63,889 nucleotides of DNA, filler included, from Reticulomyxa filosa (GCA_000512085.1; 16 parts of 16 records of this genome joined end to end with filler, not necessarily neighbours in it), one strand, 5' to 3'. Counted from the first letter of the whole stretch, positions 36,798 to 50,059 are shown. Notes: generated from the sequence alone by a model not told the origin. Numbers and translations: made by a program.

Positions 36798-37801
36798 ATG
36801 ACCGATATTACCCAATCAATTGAACTGAATAAAAATGATGGTACAATCTCTTATAGTATGTTCCCGAGCTATACTCGGTTACAAAAAGCGGTGTTACTAT
36901 TTCTGCACCACGAGAAGGAAGCATATTACACAATCGAGCAATATCTGCAAACAAGAAAAAACTTTAGCAGTGACGACAGCACTCTAGCCAAAGAAGCAGC
37001 AGGTCTCAAAACAAGGAAAAAAAAATCCAAAAAAAAAAAAGCCGTTGATCAAGCAATAGACGCACACATACACAAAACATGCACATACAAAACGAAATAA
37101 AAATTGAAGAGATAATTATAAAGTCACGAGACTTTACAAGTGAATGGAAAAACAAACAGGCATCAGTCAGTAGTGACGCAAATGAAAATATATCATCGAA
37201 AGACTACGAAGTTCAAATCGAGCAAATATTAAATAACGAAGTTGTCATGAATCGACAACTCAAACTGGCACTCACCTTGCCAGGAGAAGTGTTTCTCTCG
37301 CAATTTCTTGTCTCGTTGTTTTCTACTCAGGCCACTACCATTTTATCTCATCGTCGGCCATCGCTTGATCTTGATGCAAGTACATCGGACACAAAGTTCA
37401 AAAAAAAGGGGTTTATCTTCTTCTTCAAAAAAAATTTATATGTATATGTATATAAATATAAATACATACACATACATATACATATATGTATAGAGAGAAA
37501 GAAAGCAATCAAGATCGAATGCCAACCTTAGCTACCGTAGTATTCAACGACCACAGCCAAACCAATTCGTTTAGTAGCAATGATGGAAATGAATACTTGG
37601 AGCAGATTGATAAGGTGGAAAAACCGTCAGAGCAGAGTCCTCCCCAATTTGAAGAGGGGCCATTCAATGAAAATCAAGTTTTTTGTTTGTTTTTCCTTAC
37701 CCCTTTTTAAACATAAAATAGGCTCTTTTTCAACTTCTAAAAAAAAAAGGCATCCAAACAGACTTCTGATGAAAATACAAGACCTGAGGAGAATACGATG
37801 A
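36798..37801 (+). CDS. Hypothetical protein, multi-exon or frameshifted at poly-A runs
   Basis: Chain of ORFs 36798-37100, 37079-37531, 37486-37710 and 37580-37801 separated by intron-like AT tracts; no family recognised. Confidence 0.5.
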
Positions 37802-38164
37802 CGAAAGAAGACACTGTTCAAAAAACTGATGTTAAATTTATCCTCAAGAGGGGGTCTTTTTTTTTAATATTGTAGGCTGTCTTGCGTTGTAAATAGACTA
37901 TTGGATGAACAATAATGGTCGCATTTTTTCATTGTTTTTGTAATCGTAAAATTCATGCAAAATAATTATGTAAATTGTAAATAGGTTTTGAAATATAAGT
38001 ATCACAATGGCTATTGAAAAAAATCTTTTTGTGATCAATTTTTTGTTTTGTTTTGAGTTATTGTCGGTGGAACACCAAAAAGAGTCAAGTTTGAGAGCTA
38101 AAAAATGAAAGAATGAGCAAATAATCAAAATATTTGTGATTCTTCTACTGCAAATTATTTCATT

Positions 38165-39519
38165 ATGTCATTTGATCAGTATGGTCATCGTTTACCAGAC
38201 CATCTTTCTTTCTCTGTTCGAAACAGCTGTCACAATTCCGAAGTATTATGTCAAAAAACATACCATTCAATCACTTTTTTTTACTTACAGGCTAGTGTTC
38301 GTTGCAAAGAGCAATTCGAGAACGTTCCAGGGAAAAAACGTATATGGTTGACTTTATCGATCTAATATGTTTGTCACTTTGTGTTTTGTAGGAATATTGT
38401 TGAGAAGCGCAACATTAAACAAAAAAATGAATAGTGAGTTCAGACCTCGGATGGATATTTTTGTTGGCGCTGGTTTGGCTAATGTTTGTACTGCAAGTTT
38501 ATTTGGCAATTGACTGGTCAAGAAAGGTACTCTTTTGTTGCAATGGAAACCAAACAACGATGGCCCTCGTTCAACAAAGCTCATCAAAGGATCGATCTAC
38601 ATTGACACCTATTGACAGCAGGGATGAACTAATCACTTTAAGCAAAGGTTTTTTTTTGTTTAATGATGTAATAAACCAAACATATAAGTACGTATACAAA
38701 AATGCGTGAAAAGATGTGTCAAGCGTGAGTGTCTCGAAAGACATTGCCAAGCAATGTACATGTCGATGCACAATGAAAGGAGGCATGAGTCAGGATGAAG
38801 GAATTTCATGGTGGACAGTGGGTGCGGTGCAAACATGTTTTTTCTTTGGAATAGCTTTCACACTTACGACTGCAATTTTCTACACGGAAGATTATTTAGA
38901 CCATAAGCGGCATTGCATTGTGAATTTTCGTTTTTTGTTTGTTATTATCCAAAGAGCCGCTTTGCAAGTATTTTTTACTGAACGCTTGCATAGTGTGTTT
39001 GAAGGATCCATCTACGCATTTCCATCGAGATTTTTTCGAATATACTATACTGCTATCTGTATTGGTGCATTGTCTAGTGCCTGTTGGTATTTTTCTTTTG
39101 TATCCAGTGGTTGTAGCGCTGCTAAACAGATTGTGATCGGAACAACTTTTCCTTATTTCTGCGATGCTTCTTCTAATATTGTGCTGTCAGTACTTTTTAT
39201 AAGTAAACTAAAGGCTGTGAACAAAAGCATTGTTGATGACAAAAGTGAAGACAATGGTGGATCTTTGAAAATTCAAAAAACTGTTGCCAAATTCACTATT
39301 TTAACTATTGTCAGTATTTTGTCATCACTTTTTTTTTTATTTGTTTACATTGCCGTTGGAATTATTGCGGCAGTGTCTGATTTACTTGTAAGCAGTTTTC
39401 TTCTCATTTTAAGTTTCAAATCATATAATAAATGGTATGATTATTGTTGTTATGGCTGTCGGAAATGTTGCGAGGTCAGCTCAGAAAGTAATGTGAAAAA
39501 TTTGGTTATAACAAGTTAA
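38165..39519 (+). CDS. Seven-transmembrane (GPCR-like) membrane protein, multi-exon
   Basis: About 7 hydrophobic segments across exons 38433-38647 and 38714-39519; Cys-rich cytoplasmic tail (YDYCCYGCRKCC). Start codon uncertain. Confidence 0.65.
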
Positions 39520-39678
39520 ATACTTTTTTGTTTGTGGTTTTTAACAAGGAGTTGCTTTCCATTGTTTTTTAACTCGACGTTTTTGTTTTGTAAATGTATT
39601 GCTTTTTAAATTTTTGCGGTTTAAATAAAAATTTGTCAAAAAATGATGTCTAATTTGACTATTTGCTATTCAACAATC

Positions 39679-40903
39679 CTATTTTTTTGTTTCCAATTCT
39701 AATTGTTGAAATTGTAAATATAGTTGAAATAATAAATGTAACGCAGGAACAATGTGATTGTGATCATAAACAGGAATATCTAAAATGGCACAAATATAGG
39801 AAGAGTAATCAAATAATGAAAAATCAATATCGTAAGATAATATAATAGGTGCTGCATTATTAGAAACCGGAACAATAAAGGATTTTTGTAAATGTATATC
39901 AAATTTTTCATCTAGAGGTTGCATTAATTGTGATATTTCTGGCATTGGCTTGTTAAATAATAAATTATTTTCAATGTTACCATTATGTAAAACATTTGTG
40001 TGCAAATGTTGGATATTTTCAATCCAGTGCGTAATTTTTTGAGGATTTTTATCAGCCCTTTCAATAGATCGTATAATTTTGGAGTTGATAGACTGTGTGG
40101 TATATTTGTGTACGTGTTTTATGTAATAAAAATACACTTGTCTTTTTTAATTAGCAGAATATCTAAACTTTTTTAGACAAACTCCTCAATTGCAAATCTA
40201 ACGTAGAAGGATCTGATTGTTGTAATTTTGGTTCATCTAAAAAATTTAATCCTAATAAATCCTTATTTCCGTCTGGTCTTGGTGGTTTAATAAATGTTTC
40301 AATATTTCCAATTGATGGCAAATATTGAGGAATAAAAGGTTTTAATTGTGTTTCTAATTCAATTTCTTCAGCCTCAAATTGTTCTATTACTTCAAATACT
40401 TTTTGAATTTCTTTTGTCACTTGTAAATTATTATAATCTCTTGGATTATAAAATTTTATTACACTTTTTAAAGCATTGCTATTATTATCATTGTTATTAT
40501 TATCATTATTTTCTTTGTCTTTTTCACAGTAATTTATGTTAACAACTGGTGAAGATTGTTGTGACTTTTCATTTTGCTTGCTATTTTGAAATAGTAGCAT
40601 TGATTTATTTAAATTCATTAATTCATTTTTTGGTGATAATTGCGATACTGATGATTCGTTTGGAGTTTGTTCTTCCAAATCAACATCATTCTCATTCTCG
40701 TTCTCATTAGCGTTTTCATCAGCGTTTTCATTTTCAAACTCACCATCGTTGTCTACTATCACCATTTCATTTCTAAAAAAATTCGAATTTATATTGTAAT
40801 TAATTCTTGAAAATAAATAACAAATTATGTATGTTTATGATATATCTTACTTATTTTTGTCCAATTCAGAAAATTCATCTGAAGATAGCTGAGAGTCATT
40901 CAT
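39679..40903 (-). CDS. IFT46: Intraflagellar transport protein 46
   Basis: Acidic N-terminus, then YNPRDYNNLQVTKEIQKVF...LETQLKPFIPQYLPSIGNIETFIKPPRPDG...LGLNFLDEP...QSDPSTLDLQLR and ICAILDIPVY...ALHLLFQLY. Exons 40903-40851, 40772-40169, 40092-39679. Confidence 0.95.
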
Positions 40904-41321
40904 CTTTTTAAATGAAAATATTGAGAACAGAAGAATAATAAACAATTTTTGAGTTGTTACTGTGACGTTTGAATATATCACTTTTTTTTTAATAACAAAG
41001 AGAAAAATAAATGAATGATACGGTCAATATTTTAAAAGTTTTTATGACGTGAAGAAAAAAACTTAGAAAACGCGGACTATCTATCAGTAAAACGTATATG
41101 AAACAAAAATGTATTGATCAAAATTTCAGTGTTAAGTGATAAAATAGAAAATATTCAAAAAGTAAGAAAGAGGCTAGTGGGCCATAGTAAGATATCACAC
41201 GCTCTTATTCGCATTTTTTTAATTAGAAAAGCGTTATGTCTTGATCTTTTTAAAAATTTTATTTCTGTGACCTCAATCTGACGTACGGGATGCATTTAGT
41301 AATTATTGTCTTTAGTTTAAT
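40904..41321. promoter_or_regulatory. Putative bidirectional promoter between IFT46 and the MKS1-like gene
   Basis: Divergent ATGs 418 bp apart on the same contig; TGACGT at 40963, 41045 and 41279, and TGACCTCA at 41268. Confidence 0.6.
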
Positions 41322-42232
41322 ATGTCCGAGAAACCTGCTAATTTAAGCGATCAAAAAATAGAACAAAATAGCGAAAAAGAAGCATGCCCCAAAGTGAATC
41401 CCTTATATTCTTATATAAAAAGTAAAATTAAATTTAAGCCACCACCAGAAAATAAGAATGAGTCCAGAGTGAATATTTTTGGCGAGATTGCAACGGCGAC
41501 ACATTACCACGCAGAATATTTGTTATTTTTTTTTTTTTTGCACAGTGCAATTGAGCATAACATCGTCATACGGTTTGTTTATTTAATTGAAAGTAGATTT
41601 ATCAACTTTCATTTCGAAACTCCCACGTACTCTGAAAAAAGTATCGGTACTGAACATTATTCAACACATTACAGCTCAGCAATGGAAGCACCTTTCCTTA
41701 AAACCTTCGTTAATATGTATAGTTTTGGTCTTCCGTTTGAATTCGAGTTTACAACAAATAATGGTTCGTTTTGTGTTTTTCTTTTTCATTGTTCCATATT
41801 TACATCCTAAAAAAAATTATACACTAGATGCAAAAAAGTCGGGAACTCTTTATTTTCAAGTTAATTCCACTGATCGTTGGGAAACTTTTCGGATAGAAGG
41901 TTACGGGTACTTAGAAGTTCCTTCACTTCCAGGTAAATTTTTTCAAACAAAATTTACTTGTAGCAACGTGAGTGAAAATCATAAAGATAAATATTAGACC
42001 AAATGTATCACAATACAAATCTACAGGCTCATATCAAATCGAGGTTCAGACATTTCGTTTCGTTGGAACTATTAGGGACGAACTGAAGAGGTTTTTTATA
42101 GGTGGAGGAATAACTTTAAAAAACGGTAAACATCACCATGACGTCGACACAACAGGTGTTAAGAATTATCAAATGATCCCTACTGGTCGAATTCAAGTAC
42201 ATCTTGAGATTGTTCACACCTGCGAAGACTAA
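41322..42232 (+). CDS. MKS1: B9-C2 domain ciliary transition-zone protein, MKS1-type
   Basis: RVNIFGEIATATHYHAEYL|FINFHF (intron 41522-41596), FGLPFEFEF, TLYFQVNSTDRWETFRIEGYGYLEVPSLPG|SYQIEVQTFR...ELKRFFIGGG. Confidence 0.8.
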
Positions 42233-43200
42233 TCTTTAAATTTTAAAAAAATAATATCAATCATAATAATTTTAAACGTATATTTGATTTTCTGTCACAA
42301 ATTTATCGTTTTCTATTTCAACAAAATTATTTTATTAGAGGATCACTGTTTTGAAAAGCGTCTAAAATCTCGGTGAGCAATTGGAAACTATGTTTCTACA
42401 AAAGCCATTATTGCCACTTCTTTTAAAACAAACTTCTTTTTTACCTAGCAGAATAAAACTGAAAAGAGAAAATTGATGAATTTTTGTTTCAAAAAACCCC
42501 TAAAAAAAGATATTGAAACATCCAAGATCTTGAGCTTATTGCATTGTTGATTCAAAATTTTGATTTTTTTTGAGGCATCATTGCTTCTAATATTTTGTTT
42601 TAACTCTGGTTTCGCGTTAGATATAGATAATATAATCTTCAAGCAACGGTACCCACCCAATTATCTGTTAAAAAGCTAAATACAAATGAAACGCAAGCCG
42701 GTGAAAAGGACTCTGCAAGAAACAACGAATGAAACACAGTCTCTAATGCATAGATCAAAAAGATCCAAAGTTACAATGAACAAACTATTTTCACAAATGT
42801 AAAATTGGGAAAAAAAGGGGGGAGAGAAAAAGGGTAAGAGAAACTCCAAAGCGAATTCGCGCTATCCATTAAACATATATCCTTTCTTCTTCCCCTCTTG
42901 TTTTTTCTTTGCCTTTTTCTTGTTTCGTATGTTTCCCAGTCCAATGGGGGGGGGGGGGGTAGGGGGGGAGGAGGGGGGAGGGGAGTAGTTAAAGNNNNNN
43001 NNNNNNNNNNNNNNNNNNNNNNNNNNNNNNNNNNNNNNTTAATTAATTAANNNNNNNNNNNNNNNNNNNNNNNNNNNNNNNNNNNNNNNNNNNNAAACAG
43101 CTTACAAAAAAAAAAAAAAAAAAAAAAAAGCATGTATATACATATATGCATATATATGGGTTATATAATATACATATATACATCCATTTGAAATTAGGTA

Positions 43201-45380
43201 TTGAACCTGACAGCTTTACAACATTTTGTAGAAAATACTCTACACATTGAGGTACCGTCACTAATCGTGGAGCGAATAAATGATTATATAGCGAATAACC
43301 CAAACATGACACTGGGGACATGGATGGACCAGTTTGTGTATATATTCAACACGCTGGACTTGCAAACGATGTTGACACAGATGCAAACCGAGTCGTTTGA
43401 GGCGATGGCGAGACAGATGGTAGTAGCGCAAGTGGAAAACTCGAGTGACGTGTCGGAGGAAATACTGAATGAGACGTTGGGTCCCCCGGTGACACCCACG
43501 TGCTTGGGCGGAGATGCAACAGTTAGCTATAACTATACCTTCAAAGATCTGTTCATTTGGTTTGACTCGGACGAAGAAATGACCAAGTATGTGCAATCAC
43601 ATCGATATGGATTCGAAGAGCCCATGTTAGCAGCGGGGTTGGTATTCCACGAAGTGTCCGACAAATCATTGAATTACACATTGCGATTTAACCACAGTGA
43701 TGTACCCGATGTCACCTCTCCTTATGTCGACAAGTATGGCAAGTCTCCGACAGTGCTCAGCTTGTTCAGTTTGTACAAATATTACGTAACCGGCTTTTTG
43801 GGCTGGCAAAATGCAATCGATCAAACCTTTTTGTTCGATTTAAATGAAACCGTGGCGAAGCAATTAAAAATTGGATTGCATCAGTTCCCCTTTGCCGATT
43901 TCTATGATGACCCCTTTTGGACCGCGATGAAATATGTCATGCCCTTGGTCTTGGCCATTGCCTTTTCGTTCCCTTTCGCACTGGTCACGAAGACATTGGT
44001 CGAAGAAAAGTCGATGCGATTACGAGAAGCATACAAAATTTTGGGAGGAAGTCAGTTGGCATATATTTTGTCGTATTTAATCTTTTATGTGGGCTTAGTC
44101 ACCTGCATTACTTTGCTTTTGACCGTGATCTTGGGACGAGGTCTTTTCACCTATTCCGACCCCGTCTTGCTCTTCATCACCGTAGAGCTCTTTGTCTTGA
44201 ATATGATCATTTTGTCCATGCTCGTGTCCACCTTTTTTAACCACGCCAACATGGCCGGAGTATGCTCCTGGGTCTTTTTCATGGGTTTGTATTATCTCCA
44301 TTTGATCCCCGAAAACTCGGAATCTCCAAAACCAAGAGAAATTGTATGCTTGTCTGCTCCTTCCGCATTTGCTTTGGGTATGTTGTGCATTTTTTTTTTT
44401 TTTATATAATCTCAAAAAAAAATTATGTTTGTATGAGTCAGATTTATATGTGTATGTGATATAACGTTTTTTGTACAGGAATAAAGCAATTTGCTCAGTA
44501 TGAGGAATATCAAATTGGAATATCTTGGGTCAATGCAGGAGAATTAGATGAAAATACGCACTTCCGCTTAGCAACGGCGATATGGTTCATGGTGCTGGAT
44601 TTGGTCTTGACCTTCCCGATCATGATGTACACGGACCGTGTCTTCCCGACCAAATATGGTGTGCGACGACCTTGGTACTCTCCTTTTGGCTGGCTGGACA
44701 AATTCCCTTGCTGGGTTCGTTTCAACAAACGCTTTTGCTGCCGAAAGGATCAATTTGACAACTTGAGATTGGCCGCGCATGTATTTGCCAAGAGTGGCAA
44801 GACGCAAGCTGTGGACGAGAAAAACATTGAAGTGGTGGACGACAAGGAGTTGGGTAAGCCCGTTGTGAGTATGCGAAGCTTGACAAAAGTGTATAACGCC
44901 GAAGATGGGCGCAACAACCTGGCTGTCAATCAATTGAATTTGGAGCTCTATCGAAACCAAGTGTTTTGCTTGTTGGGACACAATGGTACGAATGAACTAC
45001 CTTTCAAAAAAAAAAAAGGGGGGAATTTGGTTAAATGTATATAAGTTTATATATATATATACATACACATAAATAATGTGACCCCTCCACACACACACAC
45101 GATACAACAACAGGAGCAGGAAAGACGACAACGTGTAACATGTTGACCGGTATGATCCCCATTACGGCGGGTGACGCGATAGTGGAGGGAGAGTACAGTG
45201 TAGTAAAAGAATTAAGTAAAGTTCGACAACAAATTGGACTGTGCGCGCAATATGATATTCTGTATCCACGATTGACGGTATGGGAACACTTGCAATTTTA
45301 TGGGAGATTGCACGGTTCCAGCGGAGAAAAATTAGACAATTTGTGTCTTGATTTGATCACGAGTATTGGATTAACTGAGG
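43201..45380 (+). CDS. ABCA: ABC transporter subfamily A (first TMD and NBD1, partial)
   Basis: TGFLGWQNAID, LVEEKSMRLREAYKILG, Walker A LLGHNG|AGKTT, IGLCAQYDILYPRLTVWEHLQFYGRLHG. Confidence 0.95.
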
Positions 45381-45425
45381 TTTGTTTTGTTTTGTTTTGT
45401 TTTAATGGATTTGCTTCTACAATGC

Positions 45426-45464
<39 letters not shown>

Positions 45465-45593
45465 NNNNNNNNNNNNNNNNNNNNNNNNNNNNNNNNNNNN
45501 NNNNNNNNTTAATTAATTAANNNNNNNNNNNNNNNNNNNNNNNNNNNNNNNNNNNNNNNNNNNNCATCATCATCGTCGTCATCATCATCATCA

Positions 45594-48500
45594 TTGTTAT
45601 CATTGATTGAAATAAAACCGAATATTCAAACACAGTTAATACAATTGCAAACCGACATTTTCAAACAGGTTGTCAGCATTATCAAACGCTTATCTCTTCC
45701 TGACGAAGTCGTGGAGGATCATGAAATTGTACATTTGTTGCGACAACAAGTACTCGAACAAATTGTTCCCAATTACGTTTTGAGTGGCATTGGGGACTTT
45801 ACTTTCTTATCCTCTTCCACTGACTGTGCACGTGCGAACCAACATGCGCGCCAGGCGGAACAAGAGTATGTCGCCCTTGTCAAAGCGCTGCTCAATTACA
45901 AATATCAAACCATTTGGAACTCGGTCACATCCTCTGATCTCTCCAAACTCGCGTGTGACTTCCACTGCTATCCCCTCTTGGCTTTGCAACTGTTCCGCGT
46001 CTTGTCTTGGAAATTTCCACAGTCCAATTCCTTGTCGTCCTTGTTCCACACCATTTTCTTTTGCCTTTTAAAAGAAATACAAATCTTTGGCTTTTCTTCG
46101 CCCAACAAGTCCACTCATCCTCGTCTGGATGCCTTTCAACAATGCTTAGCACAATTCGCTACCATTTCAACATCATCATCATCATCATCATCATCGACAA
46201 CATCATCAACATCATCTGCGTCATCATCGTCACCAGCATTTTTGCCAATGACAAACCCCACCATTGCGTATCAAGTGCTGTCGTCGCTATATTTCCACGA
46301 CCGCGACGCGCGTGTCACTCGTCATTTTTTTGGAGAAGAGATGGAGCGCGTAGAAGATATGGACATGCACGACTGGTGCTTTTTGTTTGGCGGCACGCAC
46401 TCGCGCGCACTGCTACAACGCTGGATCAACCGCTTTTGTCGCCGTTATCAAAGCAATTACAGCAGAGCCAACAGCTTTGTGTCTTTGAGCTTGAACGCGA
46501 ATACGAGCGAGAATGTGAGTGCGAATGTGCGCCTGCCTTTGGCCGACGGCCTCCACCGCTCTTCGTTGTTCGCGTTGCTGAAGTCGTTTGACAGTATGTT
46601 TGATCCTTTTGATCACCCCAACGATGATCATGATGCTAATGCTAATGCTGATGGTAAGCACAATGAAAATGAGGATGACAAGGACATGGGAATAGCTGCG
46701 CTGCACACAGTGGAAGACATGATCCGACTATATCAGCATCAATACCGCCATCGCAGCAATAGCAAACAAGAGCGAATCAGCGAAGGACATGTCTGTTCCG
46801 CCATTAATTTTGTCGTGAAGAAAGTGGTATTTGCATGGTGCAATGAGTCGTCCTCGCTGCCTGTCAATGACAAGAACAAGAAGAAGAATAAAATGACCGG
46901 AGAGCAGATCCAACATCTCGTGCAGCAGATTCAACAGCTCGCGGACAGGGCCAGATTGGAGATGAAATGGGACCACCAAACCTTGGTGCGATGCATTTCC
47001 TTTGCCAATGCGAACAACGTGGGAACGGGAGAGGACAAAGACCATTCGTCCCATTGGACTTTTTGGAATGACTTTCTATCCAATCTCGAGTCGAACGAGT
47101 CGCGATCGAAAAGTCACTCCAAAACGAAAACGAAAACAAAAACGACGACAACGACGACGACGACGAGATTGTTTTTACCGTTATCTCGTCGAGTTGGCAT
47201 TTTGGAGTGGGTGCCTCAGTACTCTTCGCAGTCGATGCATGCAAAGTCACTCCATTGTCGCGTGTTTGAAAACGGAGTGAGTGGCCTTTGTCCCGTCCTT
47301 GCACCTGCAAGAACATCTGACGGCGACGATAGCAATAGTAGTGACAGAAATCCTTTTTCCAAAATGGCTTATGAACTGGAGGGACTCCATGTTTGCGCAG
47401 ATGCGAAAACCCGCCTCCAAATTTTGTTGGAGGGAGTTTTGTGCAGCGAAGACTCGTCATTGGCTTTGTGGTACGCAAGCAAGTCAAAGCAAAGCGTGGA
47501 AAGCGAGATGGGCATTGAAGTGGACCGCGCAATATCGCAAGTGTTTAACGAGAAAGTATCGAGCGGAAAACAGAGTGGGATGGACGTGATGCGATGCTTT
47601 GTGAATTGCAGTAGCGTAATAGCGCCGCAATATTATTGGACAGAGGAGTATCTGGATAAAGTATTTGCGATATTGCGCGAGCAAAAGGCATGGGATGCAT
47701 CGTTGCTATTATTTGAGCATATGAGTTTGGCGGAGTTAAAGCGTACATCTTCATTGATGTCATGTTTGGTGATTACTTTGATGGAAAGCAATCGCGTCGA
47801 AGATGCCAAGTATTGGATACAACGTATTGTGACGACGTATCCTCATTGGATTGACGATGTGATGCAATCTGTATTTGCACAGGTCGTATCTGTTCCGATT
47901 TCTTGTCCTCGTATTCGACGTTGTCAGGCGCGAGATCGCACATTATTGAAAGCCTTCTTTGATAATATGCTTATGCAATCCGACGATCTTGTTCAGCTTC
48001 TCGGACGATATCAACATCATCTCTCTTATGTCGTCTTCTTCGTTTATGGCTTGGATCGATGCTCCACTTCGGAAGATATACGTAACTTGCTTACCAAACA
48101 CAACTTCCTTCGACCCACTTTCACGTATCGCTCTCGTCGCGAATGCGTTGCTCTCTTGCTTATCTCTTTGATGCATAAACAACATGTCGAGCATGTGCGC
48201 ACGCTTGTACATTGGTACGTACATGATTTGTGTCAATCTGGCTCCAATTTTGATTCTGGCTCCATATCTGCATCTGGCTCCATATCTGCGTCTGGCTCCA
48301 ATTCTGATGATGATGATGATGATATGGACGTTAATGCTGTCATCTCTACCACTTTGTCTTCACTTTGGTATCCACTGACTCGGTTTTTTCCAATCACTTG
48401 CAATTCTCCGCCGTGTTAACTTTGTGGCAGTTCTTGTCCTTGCACTGTGGCTTTGTGGTCACAAACCAGAAAATCGAACTACTCTTTAATGAGACGGGCT

Positions 48501-48883
48501 CCGAATATTTCCGCTGCGCGGGCAAGAAACAGAGTCCTACGTATACCGACGGACAGGTCGACGCCGACCCCTGTCGCGATATGATCGCTTTGCTGTCTTG
48601 GTGCATGGATGAAATGCAGCGCCAACAACTTCGTCTCAGTCCTTCTGTCGAACGCGAACTTATGCGTCAGCTTCACTTCTTCTTTGATTGCTTTGAAGAC
48701 GCTATGCACGACAAGTTTGTGTCGCGTCATCACGACGCCGAAATGAGGTTTGCCCAATATTTCATGCGCACTATTCAACATGTCTTGCTGCCCAGCTCTC
48801 CCCAGTCCTATGAGCACTTCACTCAGCTCTTTTCTACTTACTTTCCGAGTGCCTCCAGGCATTGTCATAAGTTTGTACTCTGA
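45594..48883 (+). CDS. Large intronless hypothetical alpha-helical protein with PPR-like segments (5' truncated; frameshift at ~48390)
   Basis: 941-aa ORF overlapping a 172-aa ORF; the segment LREQKAWDASLLLFEHMSLAELKRTSSLMSCLVITLMESNRVEDAKYWIQRI resembles tandem PPR motifs. Confidence 0.65.
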
Positions 48884-49400
48884 ACGCATCTTCCACTCTT
48901 CATTGCAAACAAATAATTTTTTTTTTTTTTGGGTACGTGATTTATCTAAATCATACTATTAAAAAAAACTCAAAATCATTTATCTATTAACTCTTCTAAA
49001 AAAAACTATTTATTCACATTTTTTAAAAAATATTTGCACCTTCCTTTTTTTTTCAGTTTTAAACTGTCAGTCAAATCGGATCAGTCTCTTTAAAAAAAAG
49101 GCATTATAATTGACAATCGTCCTGGTATTAATGTCTGCAAACAATAATGAAAAATCAAAACTTCTTTCGAGAATATCCAAAGATGCGCTTGGTTCTTAAC
49201 AAATGTTTTGAAAAGTATGAAAAAACAGTAAATGTGCCAATTTCAATAACCCTTTTTCTCTTAAAATTTTGAAAAAAAATTGTAATAAATTAAGATTTTT
49301 TTTTCATTGATTTTCTTTTTTTTTTTGCAGTTGTAAAAATAAAACATTTTTCAAAAAAAAAAAGGAACCTCCCCAGAAGAGGGGAAAAAAGATTTCAAGG

Positions 49401-50059
49401 ATGTCATCTGGCGACATACAAGTATATTTTGGCGACAAAGTGACCTTGGACGATGGAGCAGTTGGGGAAGTGCGTTTTATAGGAGAGTTAACGAGCAAGA
49501 GTGAGATTGTATATGGAGTGGATCTGACAACGGGGAAAGGAAAGAACAACGGGTCACTAGACGGAGTGACATATTTTACGGTAAAGAACAAGGCGCAAAT
49601 GAGTGGGCGCTTTGTGACGAGAAGCAGTATCCAAAAGGCGTCGAAAACGAGTCAGTCGAGTAAATTTACGATTGGTGAGAGTGTGACAGTGCAAGGAGCG
49701 CAAAAAGGAGTGATTCGCTATCTCGGCATTCCGGCATTTGCGTCATCAAAAAAAGTGCATTACGGGATTGAGTTGAGCGATGCCAAAGGTGAAAATGACG
49801 GCAGTAAGCGTGGACAAAAGTATTTCCGCTGTGAAATGAAGCATGGAATTTTTGTATCAAATGAGAGTCATCTCACTCCAAGTCGAAAGGCAGCAGCAGC
49901 AGCAGCAGCAGATGCGAAAGATAGTGCAAACGCAAATAATAGCAATACCAATGGAAATGTAAGTGGTCACAAATCAAAGACTAGTCAGACGTCCATTTCA
50001 TCCTCGAAATCGAGTGACAAGTCAAGTGCAAGTAAATCGCGATCAACAACAACAACAAC
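49401..50059 (+). CDS. Tandem CAP-Gly domain protein (CLIP-170/dynactin p150-like N-terminus, partial)
   Basis: GEVRFIG...YGVDLTTGKGKNNGSLDGVTYF and GVIRYLG...YGIELSDAKGENDGSKRGQKYFRCEMKHGIFV. Confidence 0.92.

Noticed and set aside
42945-42986. G-tract cluster as a functional G-quadruplex or telomere
   Set aside because: Irregular homopolymer at a contig end with no fixed repeat unit.
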